Notes: generated by a model not told the origin, from the letters alone. 64,000 nt of DNA from Patescibacteria group bacterium (GCA_041671305.1 JBAZBX010000001.1:40821-104820); one strand, 5' to 3'; positions 1 to 9,272 are shown, counted from the stretch's first letter. Numbers and translations are program-made.

Positions 1-589
1 ACAACTAGACAATTTTATTGGCATGCTTTTTTCTAATTTTGCCACTTGGTCAATAATCGTTGTGGCTGCTACCGTGCTTCATGGCAATGGAATCTTCAAT
101 GTTAATTCGGCCGCAGATGCCGCCAGAGCCCTGGAACCTCTCGTCCAAACTTTTCCATATGCCGGATTTCTGGCTAAATTAATTTTTGCCACTGGCATTA
201 TCGGCCTAGGATTACTTGCGGTGCCAGTACTTTCCGGATCAGCCGCTTATGCTTTCTCGGAAGCCTTTGGCATGAAAGAAGGGCTAAATCTTAAATTAAA
301 AAAAGCTCATGGCTTCTATGGAGTCATTACCATTGCCACGCTTATTGGCTTGGCCATCAACTTCATAGGTATTGACCCGATTAAGGCATTGGTATTTACG
401 GCTGTGTTCAATGGTGTCGTCGCCGTACCTTTGATATTTCTCATTGCCCGCATTGCCGGAAACAAAAAAATTATGGGCAAATACAAAAGTGGTAAGCTTT
501 CTAGCACCCTCATCTGGATCACTTTTGGAATTATGGGCGCCTCGGCCATTGGCATGTTCTATACTTTATTTAGCGGATTAATCAAATAA
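1..589 (+). CDS. Nramp-family divalent metal cation transporter, C-terminal part (gene continues upstream of window)
   Basis: Frame is open from position 2 with no upstream stop. Multi-TM C-terminus with an ...EAFGMKEGLNLKLKK segment resembling the Nramp ...MEGFLNLR region. Confidence 0.5.
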   Translation, partial: QLDNFIGMLFSNFATWSIIVVAATVLHGNGIFNVNSAADAARALEPLVQTFPYAGFLAKLIFATGIIGLGLLAVPVLSGSAAYAFSEAFGMKEGLNLKLKKAHGFYGVITIATLIGLAINFIGIDPIKALVFTAVFNGVVAVPLIFLIARIAGNKKIMGKYKSGKLSSTLIWITFGIMGASAIGMFYTLFSGLIK

Positions 590-735
590 ATTTATGTCCA
601 TCAAATGGAATCAAGTGACTTGGTATTCTAAGTTGTTAGCTGTCATCGTATATGTCGCCACTCTAGGCATTGGCATATATCTTGGAATGCAACTTGAAAT
701 TATTCTATCAGCAATGAAATAACTTTCATAATTAA

Positions 736-766
736 AAAACGTCCCAAATTGGGACGTTTTTTATTA
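736..766. terminator. Bidirectional rho-independent terminator between convergent genes
   Basis: AACGTCCCAA / TTGGGACGTT perfect hairpin flanked by an A-run and a T-run. Confidence 0.7.
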
Positions 767-777
767 TCATTCAGTCG

Positions 778-2031
778 TTAAGACACTGCACTCTCCCCTG
801 CCACATACCCGGTACTCCAACAAATTTGCAAATTAAATCCTCCAGTCGGACCATCAAGATCCAAAATTTCTCCGGCCAGATATAAATTATCAATCAACTT
901 TGATTTCATAGTTTTGGGATCAATTTCTATTAATTTAACCCCGCCGGAAGTAACCATGGCCTTCTCAAAACCGCCTAAGCCGGATATTTCCAAATCAAAT
1001 TCTTTGAGCAAATGGACTAATTTTTTACGTTCTTCTTTGGTTACCAAATTGACTTGCTTCTCCGGATTAATTCCGAATAACTTCAAAATTACCATCGCTA
1101 ATTTTGGTTGCAATAACTTTTCCAAAAAATTTCTAAATAATTTATTATTATCATTTTGAAAATCAGCCTGAATTTTACGATCTAATTTATCAAAATCCAA
1201 TTGAGGATAAAAGTCTACTCTTAATTTCAAATTTTCTGATAAATTCTTCCCAACGATTCTGCTCATATTTAGAATCAATGGCCCGCTCATGCCATCTGAA
1301 GTGAAAATCGCCTCGCCGATTTGCGACTCTATCTTTTTATTATTTTTATATATAAAGATACTGACATCTTTCAGACTCACACCCTCCAATTCCTTCACAA
1401 ATTTATCTTTGAGCGCAATTGGCGTAAGTGCCGGCAAAGGCTCAACAATTTCATGACCCAATTTTTTGAGCCACTTATAGCCATCACCGCTGGAACCAGT
1501 CAAAGGATACGACTTACCGCCCGTACAAATTATATATTTATCTGCAATTATTTCTTCACCATTTGCCAAAATTAATTTTTCAATTTTCTTGCTCTTCTTG
1601 ATAATTTCTTTTATTTCTGAATTAACTTTCACCTCAACGCCAGAATCTTTTAAGTATCCAATCAGCACACCAAGCACATCCTGAGCTTTGTCACTCACGG
1701 GCAGAACACGATTACCTGGCTCTATTTTTGTTTCCATTCCCCTATTTTCAAAAAATTCCATGATTTCCTCCACACCAAATTTATTGAATGAAGAAAAAAG
1801 AAATTTACCATTGACACCATATTTTTCTACTAATTTTCTGATGTCATCAGTTTTGTTGGTAATATTGCATCTACCGTGTCCAGTCATGAGCAATTTAATT
1901 CCTAAGCTCTTATTTTTTTCAAGTAGAATCACACGAGCTCCCAACTCGCCTGCACGACCACTGGCCATCATTCCAGCCGGACCGCCTCCGATTACGGCTA
2001 TGTCATAGTTTTTGTTGCTTTTTGTGGCCAT
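778..2031 (-). CDS. HI0933-family FAD/NAD(P)-binding flavoprotein
   Basis: N-terminal DIAVIGGGPAGMMA Rossmann motif and HI0933-like TGHGRCNITN signature; 417 aa. Confidence 0.85.
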   Translation of the reverse strand: MATKSNKNYDIAVIGGGPAGMMASGRAGELGARVILLEKNKSLGIKLLMTGHGRCNITNKTDDIRKLVEKYGVNGKFLFSSFNKFGVEEIMEFFENRGMETKIEPGNRVLPVSDKAQDVLGVLIGYLKDSGVEVKVNSEIKEIIKKSKKIEKLILANGEEIIADKYIICTGGKSYPLTGSSGDGYKWLKKLGHEIVEPLPALTPIALKDKFVKELEGVSLKDVSIFIYKNNKKIESQIGEAIFTSDGMSGPLILNMSRIVGKNLSENLKLRVDFYPQLDFDKLDRKIQADFQNDNNKLFRNFLEKLLQPKLAMVILKLFGINPEKQVNLVTKEERKKLVHLLKEFDLEISGLGGFEKAMVTSGGVKLIEIDPKTMKSKLIDNLYLAGEILDLDGPTGGFNLQICWSTGYVAGESAVS

Positions 2032-2192
2032 TTTGATTATAATTAGGGCAAGAAATTTGTAATTTAATTAAAATTAGTAATGTGTATAATATACATTATT
2101 AATGATGATAATACAAAATAATTTGCATAAAAACAACCTAGATAAAACTCGATTCCGCTCAGAATAACTTATATGCAAAAAATTAAAATAAT

Positions 2193-3674
2193 ATGAATAA
2201 TAATTATAAATACTGGCAAACAATTACATATAGCGGCACCCATCACCCCATTCTTTTTATTGATACAGTGTTTCGTGGTTACCAAAATGGAATCATTGGT
2301 AAATTTTTTAATATACGATTCAATCCATCTCACTACCGACAGTTCAATGGAGCGCGTTGGTGGTTATCAGAAGAGGTAGATAAATATATATGTACTTTAA
2401 AAAATAAAAAAGAAAAATCACCAGGTACCTTACTGAAAAAAGCAAACGAATATTACCAGCTCAATAAAAATTTTCTAGCATGGGCAGAGAAAAATAGAAA
2501 AATAAATTTTAAAGGACTGACTAATCAAAAAATACTTCATGCATTTAGACAATGCGTTGATCAGTTAGCTACCATCAATGCTCTTGTATATACTGCCGTC
2601 TTTCTTGATAAATTTTATACCGATGATATTATTGAAATAGTCAACACAAAAACAACAGACCCAATAGCTCAACGTCACATTTTAACAGTAATCTTTTCAG
2701 TTCCATGGGGACTTGAATCGCACCTTGAAAAAGTCTCATTACTTCGCTTAGTTCAAAAAAAGCGGGATAAAATAAGCGAAGAAAAATTAAAACGACTCAT
2801 TAATTCATACCGTTTAAGATTCGGTTCCGTCTTTATGATGCCATTCCAATCAAACCCGTTGTCCATCACCACAGTTTTGCAAAAAGTTAATATGCTAGCT
2901 CGCAACGAAAAAAAATATAATCTCTTAAAATCAGAAATAAAAGAATTACAAGACACGGGAAAAAAATTTAGTAAAATATGCAAATCATTGAAGCTATCAA
3001 CTGAAGAAAAAAGGGAAATAGATACTTTGCGTCGTTGGACTTTTGTTGCCAATAATGATGATCCTTATGTTATGAAATCATTAAATCTCTTACAGCCGTT
3101 ATGGGATGAACTTGCCAGAAGACTTAATCTCACCTTTGAACAATTAATTGAACTACAAATACATGAAGTAGAAAAATTCATAGTGACTGGTGTTTCTGCA
3201 GAATTACGACAAGAATTAAAGTTAAGAAAAAACGCGGCGTTAGTGTGGGATCATTTAGGGACTCATCTATTTACTGGTCAAAAACTTAAAAGTTATATAA
3301 ACAAACAAGGGGCAACGAAAAAAATAAAACAAATAAACGCCGTGAAAGGATTGTCGGCATCGCCTGGAAAAGCCCGCGGGAGAGTCTTTATTCTACATTC
3401 TATTTATGATATTCCCAAAATAAAAAAAGGTGCTATTTTACTTGCGCCATATACATATCCCGCCATTGTTGCGGCTATGCGAAAAGCGAGTGCGATTGTC
3501 ACGGATCAAGGAGGATTACTATCCCACGCAGCAATAATATCGCGTGAAATGAAAAAGCCCTGTATTGTAGGGACCAATGTGGCGACACGGATTTTCCAAG
3601 ATGGGGATTTGGTAGAGGTTGATGCAGATAACGGGATAATAAAATTATTAAAAAAACGAGATAAAGAGCCTTGA
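2193..3674 (+). CDS. PEP-utilizing-enzyme mobile (phosphohistidine swivel) domain protein with an uncharacterized N-terminal domain
   Basis: C-terminal GGLLSHAAIISREMKKPCIVG motif typical of the PpsA/PPDK/RPH swivel His domain. The N-terminal ~350 aa are not recognizable. Confidence 0.6.
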   Translation: MNNNYKYWQTITYSGTHHPILFIDTVFRGYQNGIIGKFFNIRFNPSHYRQFNGARWWLSEEVDKYICTLKNKKEKSPGTLLKKANEYYQLNKNFLAWAEKNRKINFKGLTNQKILHAFRQCVDQLATINALVYTAVFLDKFYTDDIIEIVNTKTTDPIAQRHILTVIFSVPWGLESHLEKVSLLRLVQKKRDKISEEKLKRLINSYRLRFGSVFMMPFQSNPLSITTVLQKVNMLARNEKKYNLLKSEIKELQDTGKKFSKICKSLKLSTEEKREIDTLRRWTFVANNDDPYVMKSLNLLQPLWDELARRLNLTFEQLIELQIHEVEKFIVTGVSAELRQELKLRKNAALVWDHLGTHLFTGQKLKSYINKQGATKKIKQINAVKGLSASPGKARGRVFILHSIYDIPKIKKGAILLAPYTYPAIVAAMRKASAIVTDQGGLLSHAAIISREMKKPCIVGTNVATRIFQDGDLVEVDADNGIIKLLKKRDKEP

Positions 3675-3714
3675 TTTAGAAATGTTAATTAAAGTATTTA
3701 TTTAATTTAAACAT

Positions 3715-4395
3715 ATGAATAACATTTTTTTAATTTTCGGGTATGGGATACCCAAAAATATTTCAAAAGACGAGAATTATAATCTTTATTTAAAAACAAT
3801 TTTCAATAAAATTTACGATCTTAATACCAAAGACAAGCCAAAGAAATCTTTGATTATTTGCTGTGGCGGAAAAACTGATATGATACAGCCTTACGCGAGA
3901 AATGAGGCTGATGAAATAATTAAATTTTTCACAGAATTGATAAAACAAAGGCCGTTTTTGGCTCCGATAACCAAGAATTGGCTTTTTATTCCAGAGAAAA
4001 AATCTCTGTCCACCTTGGAAAACTTTATCAATAGTAGACAAATTATTGAAAAACAAAATATTAAAAAAGCCAATATTATAATTTTCTGCGAACAAACACG
4101 GGAGAAACGCATAAAAATTTTAGCCAAAAAAATATTTAATAAAAATTATAATTCTCAAGTTGTGCCGATTGATTTTGATGTTTCTTCAAACAGATACTTA
4201 TCACCGAATTTCCTTGCCAAAAAAGAGAAGGCTGAACTTGAACATTCTTTGTGGGCGCTAAAAAGTCCAGAAAATCTGAAAAGACATCACGAGGTGTTCG
4301 CGGAGAAGATTAAATACTTACGGAAAGCAGGATCAAAAATGCATGTTGAGGCTGTCCGAGATTGGTGGGAAGAAAAACTTAAGGAATTAAAATAA
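3715..4395 (+). CDS. Hypothetical protein, possibly DUF218/YdcF-like
   Basis: LIICCGG and SLSTLEN motifs weakly reminiscent of the DUF218 family; 226 aa. Confidence 0.3.
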   Translation: MNNIFLIFGYGIPKNISKDENYNLYLKTIFNKIYDLNTKDKPKKSLIICCGGKTDMIQPYARNEADEIIKFFTELIKQRPFLAPITKNWLFIPEKKSLSTLENFINSRQIIEKQNIKKANIIIFCEQTREKRIKILAKKIFNKNYNSQVVPIDFDVSSNRYLSPNFLAKKEKAELEHSLWALKSPENLKRHHEVFAEKIKYLRKAGSKMHVEAVRDWWEEKLKELK

Positions 4396-4410
4396 ATAAT
4401 AAAAATAATT

Positions 4411-4737
4411 ATGGCTTGTCTCATAGCACCAGCAACCGTGGCAGTAATTACTACGGTCGTCAGAAAAAAAATTCCCGCGAAGTACCACATTGAATGGCTC
4501 AATACCATGCTTTGGGGCGGAGTGATCATGCTGATAATTGATCATGTCATCAGCGGTGAAATTGTATTCTATCCCCCATTTCTGACAGCTATGCGAAGTC
4601 CTGCTGATACTATTGTCATGCTCAAAGAGATAGCTACTACGGGCGTAGCCATGACCATCGCGATTTTTCTATCCTGGACAGTGATGATCTTGATTGCAAA
4701 TAGAACTGAAAAGCTAAAACTAAAAAAATCAATTTAA
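4411..4737 (+). CDS. Small hypothetical membrane protein
   Basis: 108 aa with two or three hydrophobic helices. Confidence 0.35.
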   Translation: MACLIAPATVAVITTVVRKKIPAKYHIEWLNTMLWGGVIMLIIDHVISGEIVFYPPFLTAMRSPADTIVMLKEIATTGVAMTIAIFLSWTVMILIANRTEKLKLKKSI

Positions 4738-4740
4738 AAT

Positions 4741-4776
4741 AAAAAAATAAAAACGACCTCTTGTAGGCGGGTCGTT
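4741..4776 (-). terminator. Rho-independent terminator (minus strand)
   Basis: ACGACC...GGTCGT stem followed by a T-run on the minus strand, downstream of the 4846..5082 gene. Confidence 0.5.
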
Positions 4777-4845
4777 GTAGCCTTTGGCAAAACTTTACAG
4801 AAAAAAGTACTCTATGTTTTTTTACTTCTGCACTGCTCGTCTTTT

Positions 4846-5082
4846 TCATAAGTTATCCTCCCTTATCTCCTGTTCGGCCAATTCTTTCGTCGGAAAGACT
4901 TTGGCCTGGTTAATGCTCTCCGTCCACTTCCTTCTTTCGGACGGATCAGCGTACACGGTACGCCACTGGGCATCAAACAATCCTCCCCTTTGAATCACCC
5001 ATTCACCGCGGACTCGTTCCACATGAACAGGTTTCAAAGATGCGCCCATCGTTTTGGGCCTAGTCAACAACTCAATCATGAT
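4846..5082 (-). CDS. Small hypothetical protein encoded in a GC-rich island
   Basis: GC-rich ORF. The longest ORF runs to 5268, but its N-terminus overlaps the ABC-F terminator. GAAGGAGAG sits 6 nt upstream of the ATG (MIELL...), which favours a start at 5082. Confidence 0.4.
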   Translation of the reverse strand: MMIELLTRPKTMGASLKPVHVERVRGEWVIQRGGLFDAQWRTVYADPSERRKWTESINQAKVFPTKELAEQEIREDNL

Positions 5083-5220
5083 CTTCTCTCCTTCCATTTC
5101 TCCTTGTTGTTGCGCTCTCCCTCGGGTTTGAGCACCTAAATAAACAACGAATTTCACTCGGCCTATATCATAACACATCGCTAAATATCTGTCAATACCA
5201 TTTTTGACCAAATTAGCCAA

Positions 5221-5246
5221 AAACAACAAAACTCCCAAAAGGGAGC
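5221..5246 (-). terminator. Rho-independent terminator of the ABC-F gene
   Basis: GCTCCC-TTTT-GGGAGT hairpin followed by a T-run on the minus strand just after the stop at 5271. Confidence 0.6.
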
Positions 5247-5270
5247 TTTTATTAATTATTTTAATCAAAA

Positions 5271-6725
5271 TTAAACTTTATTCAGATCCAAATATTCGTC
5301 AATTCTAATCTGTTTGACAAAATCAGGCATGTGACTGACCAGAATCATCGCGCCCTCAAAATCATTAATTGCCTTAGCAATAACCGGAATATGCCGGAAA
5401 TTAATATGATTAGTCGGCTCATCCAGCACCAATAATCCCGGCCGCATCAGAACCAATCTGGCAAAGGACAAGAGTCCCTTTTGCCCCTCAGACAAACTCC
5501 CCACAGTATGATCCATTAACTCTCCGGTAATAAGTAATCCTGCCGCCGTAGATCTCATTTCCTGCTCCGTAATATCATCATCCAGGATAGCGCTCTTGAG
5601 AGAATTAAAAACAGTCTCATCAAAATTGAGCTGAGAGAAATCCTGACTATAATATCCAATTCTGACGCCTTCAGTAATAGTAGCGCCTTCAGCCTTGCCA
5701 GCCACAAGAAAACGCAAAAACGTGCTTTTGCCAATACCGTTGGGACCGGTTACTAGCAGATGCGTCTTCTTGCGAAGCACCACGTCCACATCTTTGAGCA
5801 ATGGCAAATGATTATAAAAAGACAAAACTGATTTGATCGTCACAACCTCGGTCTTAATATTTTGTTCAGGAATGGTAAAATTTCTAATGGTTTTGTCTTC
5901 TCGTCTGACATCCACAATATTGTCTTCTTGCTCTTCAATTTCATCTCTGAGTTTCTTGGCTAATTTTCTCATCTTACCACCTTTATTGGCAAAAAAATTA
6001 ACTTTTTCTTTGCGATCTCTGATTAATTTTTCCGCGCGGGCATTTTCCATCTGTTCTCTCTCAATCCTTTTGGAAATTTCTTCCACCACTGAGTAATAAT
6101 CGCCCACATAAGCCTCAATCTTGTGAGTAAAGACGTCTAAGTATATGACTCCTTCCGTAAAACAATTAAGAAAATCAGCGTCATGGGAAATTACTATAAC
6201 CGTCTTCTCGTACATCACCAGAAAAGTAATCAAGTGATCAATGCCGTCAGAATCAAGATTATTGGTCGGCTCATCAAGCAACAAAATATCCGGATCCTGA
6301 ATCAAAGCATAAGCCAAAAGTAACCTGGCCTGCTGTCCACCGCTCATATCCCCCACTTTCCTCTCCAAAGGCATATTCAAATTAACCGCTTCCAAAACCT
6401 TGCTAATCCTGCTTTTGAGATTGCCCGGAACCATAGTAAACGCCTTGGCAAAATATTTTTCCACGGTCAACTCCAAATCATCTCTATCCATAGTCTGTCT
6501 AGCCGTACCAATGGTGGCGTCGTTGGTGATAGAAATTCTCCCCTTTTGCGGTTTAATTTTTCCCTGGATGAGATTAAAAATCGTGCTTTTACCGGCACCA
6601 TTTTGGCCCATCAAAGTAATTTTCGCGCCCTTGCGCACACTGAAACTAGCCTCTTCCAAAAGAGGTTTTTTGTATGCGTATTCAAATGAAACTTCATCAA
6701 AACGAAGTATTACTTCTTCGGCCAT
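5271..6725 (-). CDS. ABC-F family ATPase (tandem ABC domains, no TMD; translation-associated)
   Basis: Two Walker A motifs (GQNGAGKST, GPNGIGKST) and two ABC signatures (LSGGQQARL, LSEGQKGLL). Confidence 0.85.
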   Translation of the reverse strand: MAEEVILRFDEVSFEYAYKKPLLEEASFSVRKGAKITLMGQNGAGKSTIFNLIQGKIKPQKGRISITNDATIGTARQTMDRDDLELTVEKYFAKAFTMVPGNLKSRISKVLEAVNLNMPLERKVGDMSGGQQARLLLAYALIQDPDILLLDEPTNNLDSDGIDHLITFLVMYEKTVIVISHDADFLNCFTEGVIYLDVFTHKIEAYVGDYYSVVEEISKRIEREQMENARAEKLIRDRKEKVNFFANKGGKMRKLAKKLRDEIEEQEDNIVDVRREDKTIRNFTIPEQNIKTEVVTIKSVLSFYNHLPLLKDVDVVLRKKTHLLVTGPNGIGKSTFLRFLVAGKAEGATITEGVRIGYYSQDFSQLNFDETVFNSLKSAILDDDITEQEMRSTAAGLLITGELMDHTVGSLSEGQKGLLSFARLVLMRPGLLVLDEPTNHINFRHIPVIAKAINDFEGAMILVSHMPDFVKQIRIDEYLDLNKV

Positions 6726-6879
6726 AATTTATATTATAAAAACCCAAGGATCTTCTTAGGTTTGTCTCTGCATTACTGCAGTATAATAGCATATTTTATA
6801 TAATCTTGCAACCACAAATCCCTGAAGCCCTAGAATACGCTTAAAATTTAATTTCAAAAATAGCGTAAAAAAAAGAGGG

Positions 6880-7320
6880 CCCGACGCGATGATCTTGGAG
6901 GGTGATCGCGTCGGGCGGGAGTTGGGACTCCGAGGGGGTTAGGTACACGACAAATTGACAATAGCGAGGGGGTGCTGGAAGAGGGTGTTCCTCTCGCCAT
7001 TACACAACTCGTCGTGCAAAAAAACTTTTTTGGAGGAAGGTGGACCGAAAAACAGCAATCACTCCCTTTTCATGCTAGTCGTCACATCACGCGCATTGTA
7101 CACAAAAAATGACTAGCATGTCACCGAATCGGTGATGTGGCGGGTGTTGTACACCACAGGATGATTCAACTAAATTCCGTCCACCTTCCTCACTACATAT
7201 ATGGCCGCCCTTATCATCAATCAACCGTTCCAACCGTTCGTGTTTCACAGACATAAGGGTCGAGCCAAGCCTCTTGGGATGAGGCATTTGGGGCTAAAGA
7301 AAGAACGACTCTAAAACAAT
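6880..7320. ncRNA. GC-rich, highly structured, apparently non-coding segment (candidate structured RNA of unknown class)
   Basis: About 55% GC in an AT-rich genome with almost no ORF. Hairpin 6883-6918. Long-range 13-bp helix GGAGGAAGGTGGAC (7031-7044) / GTCCACCTTCCTC (7178-7190). Crossing helices 7071-7079/7110-7118 and 7082-7089/7131-7138 form a pseudoknot. Confidence 0.3.
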
Positions 7321-7774
7321 TACATTATATTAAAATTAGATATAAAAGTCAAGATTTATACAACAAAATCTTTTTATTTCATTTTAAAAGCTAATTTAGA
7401 AGGTTAATTAGGCCAGCTATATCAAATTAACGATTAGTGTGCTAAGATTAAACTCTAATTAAGAACCTACGGGGAAATGGTCGTGACCACGTATTAAGTC
7501 CAGAAATGGATACTACTAGATACCAAATACCATGACAGAAGATACAACAGAAGAAACAACAGAGGAAACTCCTGAAGTTGCTACAGAAGAAAAAACAACA
7601 GAGGAAGCCGCTTCATAGACAATGAAAACGAAGCAAAAAAAGAAAAAATCCCCACTAAACTAGTGAGGCTTTTTTCTTTTGGGTAGAGAACTGGCTGAGT
7701 GAAACAAAATTTTCAAATTTTTGAGTGAGCCAAATTTGGGCTGGACTTCGGCGCTAAGCGCCGGAAATTCCGAA

Positions 7775-7892
7775 TGGCTGGGTGTTTATGAACAAATCCG
7801 AACCGAATTTAAACAAAAATCATGATCGGGCGGGCGGAATCCCCCCCAAACCCCTCCTTCCGCCCGACCTAAACATCTGGACGGCTGAGGCG
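7775..7892. repeat. 118-bp inverted repeat, left copy (IR-L)
   Basis: 100% identical to the reverse complement of 9326..9443. Contains an internal TCGGGCGG...CCGCCCGA hairpin. Confidence 0.9.
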
Positions 7893-7904
7893 AAATAGCA
7901 ATTT

Positions 7905-8951
7905 TCAATTTTTCTTTGGCGGCGAATTTTTTTCTCCTTCTTTAACTATTTCCCTTACTTCATTGTAACTTATCTGCCTTGGCCATAATAGATTGCCGTG
8001 AGCATCATAAATTGGCAGAAGAAAATCAACCCGGTCTCCATAAATCTTTCTCATTAATGTAGCTATTTCATTTGCTTTATTTTGTTTGCTTTCATCATCA
8101 TCAACTTCTTTATACCTATGTATTTTTCTTAAAACTTCTTGTGGGACATATGGTTGTTTTTTATATAAATTATCCATTTCCTCCTCTGTCTGTTCTGCCA
8201 TGGCTCTTATTACAATACCCTTAAACCGGTCTGGAGCAATTCGAAAAGACAAAGCGTAGCCCTCAGAATAGTCAGGAATCCTTCTGTCTCCTTCTTCAAA
8301 ATATTCTTCTCTTTCTGATCCTGGTCTAGCATGGGCTCCGAAAGTATTACTTTTATACTGTAATTTTTCTCTTTTGCCAAGGTCATAATCCAATGCATAA
8401 TTGGCAATTTCAGTATTTTCCTTAAAATCTGCTGTATCAAAAATTATTCCCAAGGAGGTTTGGCTTGTTCCAATGGGTCTAAACCAATGGGCGTCTTCGA
8501 TTTTTCTTAAATCCCGACCAACAATATTGAAAAAAACAACGGCCCCCATTTTTTTTCTAACAGCGCTAACCCAATCTTGTTCAGGACTGTTAGGATTCAA
8601 TTTTCCTAATAAACCCTTTCGAAGTATACCGCCTAATTTAATGGTGGAATTATCATCTTCAAGTATTCTAACAGAATGAAATCCTGTCCCCGGTTTATTT
8701 ATATCTTGTATTTTTTCCATTATTCTCTCAACCACTTCAGGTAGTAGTTCGGGAGGAATAGGGATGTCGGAATTATCAATATTTTGATCTGCATTTTCCA
8801 CGTCCAAAATATCGCTTTCGACTTGATAATCATCAGGAGAAAAATCCTCACCCTTCTCAGGATATTTTTCTTTCAATTTTTCTTGTAGCCTTTGGGCTTC
8901 TTTTAGAGCGTCATCGTTGTTTAATCGACCGCTTTCAAATCTTTTTTCCAT
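7905..8951 (-). CDS. Hypothetical 348-aa protein (cargo of the IR-flanked cassette)
   Basis: Long ORF 5 nt downstream of the XRE HTH gene on the same strand. No recognizable domain. Confidence 0.55.
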   Translation of the reverse strand: MEKRFESGRLNNDDALKEAQRLQEKLKEKYPEKGEDFSPDDYQVESDILDVENADQNIDNSDIPIPPELLPEVVERIMEKIQDINKPGTGFHSVRILEDDNSTIKLGGILRKGLLGKLNPNSPEQDWVSAVRKKMGAVVFFNIVGRDLRKIEDAHWFRPIGTSQTSLGIIFDTADFKENTEIANYALDYDLGKREKLQYKSNTFGAHARPGSEREEYFEEGDRRIPDYSEGYALSFRIAPDRFKGIVIRAMAEQTEEEMDNLYKKQPYVPQEVLRKIHRYKEVDDDESKQNKANEIATLMRKIYGDRVDFLLPIYDAHGNLLWPRQISYNEVREIVKEGEKNSPPKKN

Positions 8952-8955
8952 AAAT

Positions 8956-9162
8956 TTATTTCAATAACTCCCACGCCTCCACTCCTAAAGCGTGAGCTAG
9001 TCTATTTAAATTTTCTAATGTGGGATTAACTTGACCACTCTCGACTCGACATATATAGGCGCGATCTATTTTACTAGAACGAAAAACATCGCCTTGCGTA
9101 AGACTTTTTTCCTCTCTTATTCTCTTGAAATTATACGCTAATTTTTTACTTAATTTATGCAT
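8956..9162 (-). CDS. XRE/Cro-C1-type helix-turn-helix transcriptional regulator
   Basis: LTQGDVFRSSKIDRAYICRVESGQVNPTLENLNRLAHALGV, a classic HTH_3 pattern; 68 aa. Confidence 0.75.
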   Translation of the reverse strand: MHKLSKKLAYNFKRIREEKSLTQGDVFRSSKIDRAYICRVESGQVNPTLENLNRLAHALGVEAWELLK

Positions 9163-9245
9163 AGTTATCCACAGTCATTTTAACAATTATTGTATATCTT
9201 AACAATATTGTAGTATACTACAATATGTAAGTGAAATTTTGCATT

Positions 9246-9272
9246 AAGAAAAAGAAAAAGTTTGATTCTGGC
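9246..9272. repeat. 27-bp inverted repeat IR2-a (partner 9533..9559)
   Basis: AAGAAAAAGAAAAAGTTTGATTCTGGC is the exact reverse complement of 9533-9559. Confidence 0.85.

Noticed and set aside
914-2008. ORFs 914..1159, 1321..1575 and 1688..2008 on the plus strand
   Set aside because: They lie entirely within, and antisense to, the well-supported HI0933 flavoprotein gene. No motifs or ribosome-binding sites were seen.
4846-5268. Full-length 140-aa version of the ORF
   Set aside because: Its N-terminal 60 codons are AT-rich and overlap the ABC-F intrinsic terminator. A strong Shine-Dalgarno sequence precedes an internal ATG at 5082.
7087-7287. 66-aa ORF on the minus strand inside the GC-rich region
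   Set aside because: The region is dominated by long-range RNA-like helices. There is no Shine-Dalgarno sequence, and the peptide has low complexity. More likely a chance ORF in a structured RNA.
6880-7320. Identification of the GC-rich RNA candidate as RNase P RNA, tmRNA or SRP RNA
   Set aside because: I could not find the conserved P4 (AGGAAAGUCCGGGCUCC / ACAGNAACCGGCUUA), tmRNA tag/tRNA-like, or SRP domain IV motifs on either strand.
7533-7620. Short tandem ACAACAGARGAAAC repeats as a CRISPR array
   Set aside because: Units are too short and lack spacers. They sit inside a tiny ORF. No cas genes are present.
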